From contig JBFLYM010000004.1 in NCBI GenBank assembly GCA_040757035.1, forward strand, positions 1-57,350: 57,350 bases of DNA, read 5' to 3'. The notes beneath the pieces were generated by a model. It had not been told where the DNA came from. It worked only from the letters and a program-made list of their open reading frames with translations, and did not search any database. This stretch comes from Candidatus Micrarchaeota archaeon (GTDB lineage Archaea; Micrarchaeota; Micrarchaeia; Anstonellales; Bilamarchaeaceae). Position numbers and translations under genes: made by a program. This document shows, one piece after another, positions 9,236 through 16,959 of the stretch; position 1 is the stretch's first letter, and each line of letters starts with the position of its first letter.

Positions 9236-9268
9236 ATTTTTTCACAAGTCCTTTTTCTTCCATTTTTT
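9236..9268. repeat. 33-nt perfect copy of a coding segment of the 12806-14737 gene, located in the orc1 upstream region
   Basis: attttttcacaagtcctttttcttccatttttt is identical to 13120-13152 in direct orientation. Confidence 0.85.
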
Positions 9269-9305
9269 CCATACATATTTTAATTAAATCAACCAAAACA
9301 AATTT

Positions 9306-10385
9306 GTGAATATTATGAATATCTTCAAAAGTTTAGATTCTTCACAAACCGTTTTCAAGAACGAAGCGGTATTCTCTTCTGATTTTATCCCAACCGAAAT
9401 AGTACGTAGGGAAAATGAAATAAAGGAAATTGCGCTTACTTTGATGCCATTGATGAAAGGAAAACGCTCGTCTAACATGATTCTATACGGTCCTCCGGGA
9501 ACAGGAAAAACAATGATTGCGCGATACATTGCTGCGCAACTCAAGGAAGCTACAAGTCGCGTACATTCTGTTTATGTAAATTGCGCAGAACAAGGTTACA
9601 GATATTCAATACTCGGAACCGTTCTCTCATCTCTGGGTTATGCAGTCTCGCGCAGAGGAAGAAGTGTGGACGAATTACTTGAGCGTTTGGTTGAAATACT
9701 AAAGAAAGAAAATAAAATTCCGCTCATTATTCTTGATGATATTGATATGATTTCTTTGGATGAAAAAAATAGCCTGCTTTATGATTTTTTGCGCATGCGC
9801 GAAAATTTTGGAATTGAATGCGCAGTAATAACAATAACAAATCGCGAAGTTTTTATAATCAAATTGGACAGAAGAATACGAAGTTCGCTTTTGCAATCGG
9901 TGTTAAAATTTCAAAAATACGGCCCAGATGAACTCCGCGATATATTAAAGGAAAGGGCAAAGCTCGGTTTTATATCAGAGACATGGAGCGATGAGGTAAT
10001 CGGATTATGCGCTGGATTCGCGGCAAAAAACGGAGGAGATGCGCGACTTGGAATAAACGCGCTTTGGCTTGCGGGAAAAGAAGCGGACAAAGAAGGAGTA
10101 AAAAAAATAACGATAGAGCATGTTGAAAAAATAAAAGATAATGCGCAGATGCTTTTACGCGCTGGAGAGGAACAGAATCTTTCAAAAGAAGAAAAATCTA
10201 TACTTACGGAAATAAAAAAAGCTGGTAGAATACAAAGTGGTGCGCTTTATTCTAAATTGAAATTAAACGAGCGCACGGTGCGCAATTATCTCACAAAATT
10301 AGAAGAATTAGGGTTTATAGAATCAATACAGATAAATTCAAAAGAAGGAAATACGCGAATATTCTCAATTAAAAAGGAGATATAA
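9306..10385 (+). CDS. orc1: Orc1/Cdc6 replication initiator
   Basis: The N-terminal region reads F.PTEIVRRENEIKEI, Walker A is LYGPPGTGKT, and Walker B is LIILDDID. The C-terminal region is winged-helix-like (RTVRNYLTKLEELGFIE). The start is GTG 9306 or ATG 9315. Confidence 0.9.
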   Translation: MNIMNIFKSLDSSQTVFKNEAVFSSDFIPTEIVRRENEIKEIALTLMPLMKGKRSSNMILYGPPGTGKTMIARYIAAQLKEATSRVHSVYVNCAEQGYRYSILGTVLSSLGYAVSRRGRSVDELLERLVEILKKENKIPLIILDDIDMISLDEKNSLLYDFLRMRENFGIECAVITITNREVFIIKLDRRIRSSLLQSVLKFQKYGPDELRDILKERAKLGFISETWSDEVIGLCAGFAAKNGGDARLGINALWLAGKEADKEGVKKITIEHVEKIKDNAQMLLRAGEEQNLSKEEKSILTEIKKAGRIQSGALYSKLKLNERTVRNYLTKLEELGFIESIQINSKEGNTRIFSIKKEI

Positions 10386-10416
10386 ATAAATTTGCGAATG
10401 GACAAAAGGTGGGGTT

Positions 10417-10896
10417 TTGGAACCGATAGTTATTTCAGATTCAAAAGCGATTGAACTTTTCCGCAGATATGGTGCTGGCATTATGGAAAATGAAAAAATA
10501 AAAATCCATCCTATTGAAGCGCTTTACTTCATTGAACGCGGGAAATTAACACTTGAAAATGAGACGTTTGACTCGCTTCTTGCAAAAATAAAAAATGAGG
10601 ATGCGCTTGCTGAGGAAAAATATGCCGTACTTAAACATTTGCGGCAAAATGGATATATCTTAAGAGTTTCTTTTTTGAATGAGCCATGGATGCGTGTATA
10701 TCGCAAAGGTTTTCGCCCTGGAGAAGACAGAACGCAGTATCTTCTAAAAATAGTAAGTAATACTTGGCACCCAAAATTAAAAGAACTGATAGATGATATA
10801 AAAAAAGCAGCGCAAGTGAGAAAAGAACTGATATATGTGCTCGTACAAAAGGAAAAACCTAGTTTTTTTAAAGTTACAAAATTTTCTTTTTTTTAA
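10417..10896 (+). CDS. endA: tRNA-splicing endonuclease family protein (EndA-like) with the catalytic His position substituted
   Basis: It aligns by eye to M. jannaschii EndA: IEALYFIERGKL, KYAVLKHLRQNGYIL, MRVYRKG...EDRTQYLLKIV, AAQVRKELIYVLV. The Tyr and Lys of the catalytic triad are kept. The His position (EHSVY in M. jannaschii) reads DRTQY. The TTG start is preceded by aggtgggg. Confidence 0.75.
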   Translation: MEPIVISDSKAIELFRRYGAGIMENEKIKIHPIEALYFIERGKLTLENETFDSLLAKIKNEDALAEEKYAVLKHLRQNGYILRVSFLNEPWMRVYRKGFRPGEDRTQYLLKIVSNTWHPKLKELIDDIKKAAQVRKELIYVLVQKEKPSFFKVTKFSFF

Positions 10897-11141
10897 AAAG
10901 AATTTATATTTTATATGTTCTGGAAAAAATTAGCGCGCCCGCTCTCGAAAGCGATCGGTTGTAAAAATTAGTTTACGCTGTAATTGCGAAACTCGGGTAT
11001 TTAAGTTTAAAAAAGAAAGATTTAAAGAGTGACAAAATTGTTACATTTTGAACACACAGCCAAAACATACTCACTTCGTTCGCTGGCGCATAGCTCCTTG
11101 CTGTTTTACTAAACAAATTATTTCCAAAGTTTATTTCATAT

Positions 11142-11191
11142 GTTTTTGAAGAGCTTGAGCTAAAACAACAGTTGTTTATGGAAGCGTTTTC
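11142..11191. repeat. Dispersed repeat R4, copy a (50 nt)
   Basis: gtttttgaagagcttgagctaaaacaacagttgtttatggaagcgttttc matches 46260-46309 in direct orientation with 3 mismatches. It contains the near-palindrome aaacaacagttgttt. Confidence 0.8.
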
Positions 11192-11257
11192 ACTATCGCG
11201 CTTTGCGTGCGTGTAGCGCGAACCAAGACAAGTTAGGTATAACAGGTTTTACGACAT

Positions 11258-11399
11258 CAACGACTTCTGGCCGAAGCCCGTGGCATATTTGAATATGCTT
11301 CAGGTGAACGCTATAACACCTATTAAGGGTGCCACGGGTTCTAAAGTTTGTCTCGTTCATTAATTAAAATAGGTAGCGTTCACGAACCCGAAGTCGTTG
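11258..11399 (+). ncRNA. Candidate pseudoknotted RNA element (three interleaved 9-10 bp helices)
   Basis: Helix A is 11258-11267 caacgacttc with 11390-11399 gaagtcgttg. Helix B is 11277-11285 cccgtggca with 11330-11338 tgccacggg. Helix C is 11304-11312 gtgaacgct with 11375-11383 agcgttcac. The order is A B C B' C' A'. The strand is guessed from G-U extensions only. Confidence 0.35.
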
Positions 11400-11456
11400 T
11401 AAAAGCGCGCGCGTTTTGTAAAGTCAAGTAAAAGCGCGTACGTTTTGTAAAGTCAA
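11399..11456. repeat. Tandem 29-bp repeat x2 (plus a partial third start)
   Basis: gtaaaagcgcgcgcgttttgtaaagtcaa (11399-11427) is followed directly by gtaaaagcgcgtacgttttgtaaagtcaa (11428-11456), then gtaaaa. There are no spacers between the units. Confidence 0.9.
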
Positions 11457-11465
11457 GTAAAAAGG

Positions 11466-11538
11466 AGTTATCACCAGTTATCAAAAAAGAGCTAAATTTT
11501 GATAACTCTTGATAATTCTTGATAATTCTTGATAACTA
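11466..11538. promoter_or_regulatory. Iteron-like array: 2x AGTTATCA, then 4x TTGATAA(C/T)T in the opposite orientation, at 10-bp phasing
   Basis: agttatca occurs at 11466 and 11476. ttgataactc, ttgataattc, ttgataattc and ttgataacta occur at 11499, 11509, 11519 and 11529. The two sets face each other across an A/T-rich spacer. Confidence 0.5.
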
Positions 11539-11549
11539 GGCCTAAATTT

Positions 11550-12809
11550 CTATTTCCGGTTTTTAATAAGAAACAATAAAACAATAAGCACTCCAATCAA
11601 ACTGATATTTCCCACAATAATTGAAAATTGAATTTCACTATGCGGCGCTGATGGTCTATATACATCTAAATTTGTTATGTTTGTACTTCCGTTTTCTGCA
11701 GTCAAATTATGATGAGTAAGCAGGCGATTTGCAATTTTAAATGCGGTTGTATAATTGGAATTAAAATGATCAGTAATATTCAGTGAAAATTGATTTACGC
11801 CATATGCGATATATGTCGTATTGAAAACATATGTATATTGGTACGTTCTATTTTCTGCTTCAAATTGTATCGGTGTAATTTTCTCGGCAACTTCTTGGAC
11901 GGTTATATTGACGGAATCAGAAATATTTGACGAAATTATGCCCCACACTCCAAGCGAATCATTTGTTATGTTGAATGAATATAAATTTGCAATACCAAGT
12001 TCCTGATCGCCTTTAAAAAATCCAACGCACGCAAATTTCATATTTGCGAATGAAAATTGTTCCAGAAGAGAATTTTTGCTCCACTGTTCGCGCAAAATCG
12101 GTTTGTTAAGAAAATAAAGCGGACTACCGCTTTCAACTATGTAAGTGAGATTGCTTTTTACGCCGCGCGTGATGTCAAACGGCGTATTTGAATGTGTGCT
12201 TATGCACGAACACGAATCATTTTCATCATATACCGGAGTCTCTTCATATGCATTTAAGATATAATGAAATGTTATTGTTCCATCAAGAATAAATGTGGCA
12301 TTGTCCCATTCGCTCGCGTTCAGGATATTTTGTAATATTGGAATATTTACTGGATTCTGATCCACTATATTGGCGCTATAAGTTTGGTTTCTGAAAAACG
12401 CGCTAAGATTCGCAAATACGCTTGCATTTTTAAAAATTTTATAATAGTGACTGGTACAACAATCATTGGATATAGTTTCATCTTCATCCGCTGCTTTATA
12501 TGCATAGCGCCAAAGCGCGTATGTTTTTACATTTGAAGAAATACGATCGTCTACAGATGGATAGAGCGTGAGTAAACTTATTTCGGCGCATATTATCGGA
12601 TTGGAGTACGTGGGACTTGAAACATGAACGCATGTACTGTTAAGGAACAAAGGAGCAAGCGCATTATTGTGTTCGCTAATATTTGAGTGCGGTGCATAAA
12701 TACACGCAGCAGCCACGTTATTTATGTTATTTAGAAAGATATATAAAAAAAAGATAGAAAAGATGGCGCAAAAAATAGTGCAAAAAGTAGTGCGAGAAAT
12801 ATTCTTCAT
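11550..12809 (-). CDS. Secreted, C-terminally anchored surface protein (many N-x-S/T sequons), unknown family
   Basis: 419 aa. It has an N-terminal hydrophobic signal (FCTIFCAIFSIFFLYIF...AAA) and a C-terminal TM segment plus basic tail (ISLIGVLIVLLFLIKNRK). It has a 4-nt overlap with the upstream gene. Confidence 0.6.
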   Translation of the reverse strand: MKNISRTTFCTIFCAIFSIFFLYIFLNNINNVAAACIYAPHSNISEHNNALAPLFLNSTCVHVSSPTYSNPIICAEISLLTLYPSVDDRISSNVKTYALWRYAYKAADEDETISNDCCTSHYYKIFKNASVFANLSAFFRNQTYSANIVDQNPVNIPILQNILNASEWDNATFILDGTITFHYILNAYEETPVYDENDSCSCISTHSNTPFDITRGVKSNLTYIVESGSPLYFLNKPILREQWSKNSLLEQFSFANMKFACVGFFKGDQELGIANLYSFNITNDSLGVWGIISSNISDSVNITVQEVAEKITPIQFEAENRTYQYTYVFNTTYIAYGVNQFSLNITDHFNSNYTTAFKIANRLLTHHNLTAENGSTNITNLDVYRPSAPHSEIQFSIIVGNISLIGVLIVLLFLIKNRK

Positions 12810-14737
12810 ATCAATTCATCCAATTCATCCAATGTCGTAAGCCTAAGTATACCGTTCTTTATTTTTAATTCAAGAACTGCGCGCTTTTTACTATCAAGCG
12901 AAGACACATAAGAGCGCATATCGGTACGATCTTCAAAAATCAACAACGCCTCTTTTTTCGCATTTTCAGAATCAAAAACAATTTCCCTTTCTCCAATATT
13001 AAAACCGCATTGAGTTTCACTAAATTCCACTCCGTTTTGTATTAACTTGTCCTTTATTATTCTCTTAAGCGCATTGCGCTTTTCATCGCCCCATGAGCTA
13101 AGTCCGTACAACCCAAGATATTTTTTCACAAGTCCTTTTTCTTCCATTTTTTTCAATATTGTTTCAACGGTGCCTTCTGTCACTTCAACACCATTTGTAA
13201 CGCGCTTAAGCCCTGTGCCTATCTCTCTTGCATAGAGTGGCGTATTTTCCCAACCAAACATTTTTTCTACCTCGTCCAAGACCAAAAGAATTTCATTTGT
13301 TTTAAGTTTGATTTCTTGATTTTTGTTCGGAACGCTGTCAGGAACAAAAATCTTATATATAGCCTTTTTATTCAGGCGTATGGCGATGTAAAAGAATATA
13401 ACTATTAATGCCCCAAACACGAGATATTTTATATAAAATGCGGTTATATCTTCCTGCACATTATCATAAGCAAGATAATGTTTTTGTCCGAAAAGATCTA
13501 TTACAAATATGTTTTCTCCTGGTTTGAGATTCGCACGCACTAAAAAAAATCCATTTCGCACCTCACTCTTTACTTGTGCTGAGGAATGATTTAGTCCAAT
13601 TGTTATTGAAGCATTTTCCAAAGGTTGTTCATCCAAAAGCACACTAAACTCATAAGAATTTCCATATACACGCGCAAGCGAAACATTTATTTCCTTTACA
13701 TGAATACGCTTCGAAGCCATTGTTCCATTCTGGTCAAATATCTTAAGAAGATAGTCGCCAGATGAATTAAACGAAAACGCAAGGAAAAATGCTTGATCAC
13801 CTCTTACACGATCAAGTTCTCCACGTTGTATTATTTTTTTATCTTTTTCCAGTACAAACGTTATCTTTCCGCTAGAGTAGTTTGTCTCTATTGTTATCTG
13901 AGCTTTTTGCCATTGAAAAATATCATCGCTTCCACTTATATTTGCCCGATTTTGTGCAAAGCGTTCCGAATCAGCGAGTGGAAGCATTCGCAACCACTGT
14001 GCTCCATTAAGTTTTAGGAAATATGTTTTGTCACTATCACCAGAATATGAGAACGATGCTGAGTTTTTTTCAGCCCATGCATTTTTTTCTATTTGCTCAA
14101 AAAGCGAGTAATTTTTTTCAGAATAAAACTCATCCAATGTTTTTTCAATTATGAAAACGTGCTTTTTTGCGCTTGCAGAAATATTGGAAACCCAATCAAA
14201 TCGTTCCAATTTATCAGTATAAATAAAATCTTTTTTGCCAAGGTATACTATTTCATTTGTTGCGCTAATATTGTCAATATTTTTTAGAATATCAACTGGC
14301 AATGCACCACATGGAACAATAATTATACTATTTTGCGGTATACTATTTTGCGGTGCAATAATGCGGTCTGTTTCTTCTATGGAAAAGCCCTTTCTTCTAA
14401 GAGCGCTGAGCGAATTAATAAAATTTGAATATTGACCTGTGTTTAGAAAATCATGCTTAAGTACAAAAATTTTGGTTTTTGGTTGTTCGGAAAGCGCAAT
14501 CAAAGTCAAATTGCCGGTTCCATTATAATGCACTATAACGTATCCATAATCTCCTCCACCTCCAAACTCAATTGTTTTCACGATCCCATTTTGTACGATG
14601 GCGCGCTCTTCCTTTTTTTCAGTTGAAGAAAAATAAAATACGACACCAGTTATAATCAGGATAAGTATAACAAGTGCGATAACCAGAAATATTGCGTTCT
14701 TATAATTCACAGTTTTACCCTTGCGCTCTTGAGCCAT
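12806..14737 (-). CDS. Two-TM membrane protein with a large ectodomain and a C-terminal winged-helix-like cytoplasmic domain
   Basis: 643 aa. TM1 is AIFLVIALVILILIITGVVFYF and TM2 is YLVFGALIVIFFYIAI. The C-terminal segment GTVETILKKMEEKGLVKKY is wHTH-like. It overlaps the pheS stop by 31 nt. Confidence 0.6.
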   Translation of the reverse strand: MAQERKGKTVNYKNAIFLVIALVILILIITGVVFYFSSTEKKEERAIVQNGIVKTIEFGGGGDYGYVIVHYNGTGNLTLIALSEQPKTKIFVLKHDFLNTGQYSNFINSLSALRRKGFSIEETDRIIAPQNSIPQNSIIIVPCGALPVDILKNIDNISATNEIVYLGKKDFIYTDKLERFDWVSNISASAKKHVFIIEKTLDEFYSEKNYSLFEQIEKNAWAEKNSASFSYSGDSDKTYFLKLNGAQWLRMLPLADSERFAQNRANISGSDDIFQWQKAQITIETNYSSGKITFVLEKDKKIIQRGELDRVRGDQAFFLAFSFNSSGDYLLKIFDQNGTMASKRIHVKEINVSLARVYGNSYEFSVLLDEQPLENASITIGLNHSSAQVKSEVRNGFFLVRANLKPGENIFVIDLFGQKHYLAYDNVQEDITAFYIKYLVFGALIVIFFYIAIRLNKKAIYKIFVPDSVPNKNQEIKLKTNEILLVLDEVEKMFGWENTPLYAREIGTGLKRVTNGVEVTEGTVETILKKMEEKGLVKKYLGLYGLSSWGDEKRNALKRIIKDKLIQNGVEFSETQCGFNIGEREIVFDSENAKKEALLIFEDRTDMRSYVSSLDSKKRAVLELKIKNGILRLTTLDELDELI

Positions 14738-16098
14738 GTTAAATCGTTTTTATAAAACGTGCGAATATCATCAATATCCATTAGCATCATGAGCGGTCGC
14801 TCCAGACTAAGGCCCCATGCAAGTACCGGATATACGTTTGCGAGTGGAAGCGAAACTTCAGGACGCAGTATTCCAGCACCGCCCATTTCAACCCATTCTT
14901 TTTTTTCATTGAAATATACTATTATTTCCAAACTTGGTTCTGTGTACGGAAAATAACTCGGTCTGAATTTTATTCTTTCAAAACCGAGCTTGGAGTAGAA
15001 CTCTTTTAATATTCCAAGAAGATCACGAAATGTTGCGTTTTCCCATGCAATTATTCCTTCTAATTGCTGAAATTCGGCGAGATGTTTGTAATCCGTTGCT
15101 TCGTTCCTGAATACTCTTCCTATTGCGAAATATTTTTTTGGCGTATTTTTCATAGATGCGAGGTATCTGGCGCTTAATGCAGTGGTATGTGTGCGAAGTA
15201 CTCTTCTTTTCGCTTCGGCTTCGTTCCATGGATTTTCCCATCCTTTTTCGTGCGCTTTTTTAACGTTTTCCACAAGCTTTTTATCCGGCAAAGGTTCTTC
15301 TCCTTCCAAATAAAAAGTATCTGCGAGTTCTCGTGCCGGATGATCCTGCGGTTGAAAAAGCGCGTCAAAATTCCAGAACGCACTCTCTATATAATTACCC
15401 TCCATTTCTTCAAAGCCAAGTTCGGAAAAAATTAAGCGCACGCGCTCAATTACCTCGGTAATGGGATGAATTTTACCCATGTGCGCGTCTTTTGCAGGAA
15501 CAGAAACATCATATTCCTTAAACCCCCTTTTCTTCCATGTCCCTGTGCGCAGCATTTCTGAAGTTAATTTGGTTATTCCTTCTTCTCCAAATTTTGCGTT
15601 TATGCCATCATCGGTTATCCAAAGCGTTATTTCTTTTTTGCTTTTTTCTACCGCAATTCCTCTCTTTAACCATTCTTCTGAATTTGCGCTTTGCGACAAA
15701 TAAGATTTAGAGTACTCGCTTATCTCATATGCTGATAATTTTTTTTCTGGCACAAATTTACCTTCGATGAATTTGACAAGTCCTTTGTCCATAGCCCATT
15801 TTATGCCAAATTGTTTTTCATCGGCAGTAAACGAACTTATATCCTTTCCATCAGCAATTTTTTGATATACGCGGATTTCTGGAAGCCGATTTTTAAGATA
15901 ATTTTTTCCTTCCTCTGTAAACACTATCATCTTTGATACTACTATATCTTTTTTTATCAATCCTTTTTCTTCAAGAGAAATAAGCGGGCGCATGAGCGCA
16001 TCTTGATTTAGCTTGAGAGCGGTGGCAATCTCAGCGAGCGAAACATTTTTCATGGTTTTTAGGTAGTCTAATATTTCGTGTTCATATTTGTATTCCAT
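14707..16098 (-). CDS. pheS: Phenylalanyl-tRNA synthetase alpha subunit (archaeal type)
   Basis: 463 aa with N-terminal wHTH repeats. Class II motifs are present: HPARELADTFY, RTHTT, GRVFRNEATDYKHLAEFQQLEG and GAGILRPEV. Confidence 0.95.
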   Translation of the reverse strand: MEYKYEHEILDYLKTMKNVSLAEIATALKLNQDALMRPLISLEEKGLIKKDIVVSKMIVFTEEGKNYLKNRLPEIRVYQKIADGKDISSFTADEKQFGIKWAMDKGLVKFIEGKFVPEKKLSAYEISEYSKSYLSQSANSEEWLKRGIAVEKSKKEITLWITDDGINAKFGEEGITKLTSEMLRTGTWKKRGFKEYDVSVPAKDAHMGKIHPITEVIERVRLIFSELGFEEMEGNYIESAFWNFDALFQPQDHPARELADTFYLEGEEPLPDKKLVENVKKAHEKGWENPWNEAEAKRRVLRTHTTALSARYLASMKNTPKKYFAIGRVFRNEATDYKHLAEFQQLEGIIAWENATFRDLLGILKEFYSKLGFERIKFRPSYFPYTEPSLEIIVYFNEKKEWVEMGGAGILRPEVSLPLANVYPVLAWGLSLERPLMMLMDIDDIRTFYKNDLTWLKSARVKL

Positions 16099-16112
16099 TT
16101 CATCTCCTCATT

Positions 16113-16907
16113 TTATCTTCTTGAGATTTTCAAATAAAAATAAGAACAGATTAGTATTACCGCAATTGCCAATGCGGTCAGTTCTTCCTGCCCAAACCGA
16201 ATTGCGCTTATATTTTTCTGGAAATCAGAAAAGAACCCAACAACTTCTTTATCCAAACTTTGCTCTATTTCATAGATAAGAGAAAACTGCACCAGCGTAA
16301 GCCCGCTCCAGTTCAGAGTTTTTGATGTGGTATTCAAATTTTCTATTTTTGGATTAATATTTACTATTATTGCATTAGTCGGAAGAATAAATGAAATTGT
16401 GGTTTTCTTATCCAATCTTATATCTCCGTTTTCGGTGCGCTGAAGATTAAACGCACTTTCATTCAGTGTAAAGCGAGTCGTTCTTGGTTTATATTTTTCT
16501 ATTTTGGTAATGCCTGTATTGTTCGTTATATTTCCGTCCTTGTCGTAGTAAGGGGATGCAATATATGAAATTATTATTTGGGTAAACCAAATATCCTCAG
16601 AAATGGATTTTCTTGGAGGTTGAGGTAGTATAATGATGTTTTTCAAATCAACATTCTTTCTGTTTAAATGAATCTTTATTTCGTCTATATTGGTTATTTC
16701 CTGCCAATTAGAAAGCGCATTTTTATCATAACCGCTTTCGTAAAGCTGTCTGCTGTACGAATCGTTTATCATAATACGTATTTTTTCTTCTACATTTGCA
16801 TTACCGTCTTCATTTAATTTTATTGTAATCTCAAAATCCTGAAGCTGAAAGCCAGCAAACACAAAATTTGCCAAAAGCAGTATTAAAAGTAATTTTTTAA
16901 CGTTCAT
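16113..16907 (-). CDS. Secreted, C-terminally anchored surface protein, unknown family
   Basis: The signal is MNVKKLLLILLLANFVFAGF and the C-terminal TM is LTALAIAVILICSYFYLKISRR. The ORF track starts it at 16922. The Met at 16907 avoids overlap with the divergent gene. Confidence 0.55.
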   Translation of the reverse strand: MNVKKLLLILLLANFVFAGFQLQDFEITIKLNEDGNANVEEKIRIMINDSYSRQLYESGYDKNALSNWQEITNIDEIKIHLNRKNVDLKNIIILPQPPRKSISEDIWFTQIIISYIASPYYDKDGNITNNTGITKIEKYKPRTTRFTLNESAFNLQRTENGDIRLDKKTTISFILPTNAIIVNINPKIENLNTTSKTLNWSGLTLVQFSLIYEIEQSLDKEVVGFFSDFQKNISAIRFGQEELTALAIAVILICSYFYLKISRR

Positions 16908-16959
16908 GAATAATAAAAACACCTGCAGTTTTTTAAACTATCTTTTCTTATTAACTGAT

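Noticed and set aside
11399-11456. Possible CRISPR array (29-bp repeat units)
   Set aside because: The units are directly adjacent with no spacers, there are only two copies, and there are no cas genes in the window.
14323-14352. 15-nt tandem duplication (atactattttgcggt x2), giving PQNSIPQNSI in the 643-aa protein
   Set aside because: It is an in-frame micro-duplication typical of slippage, with no further structure.
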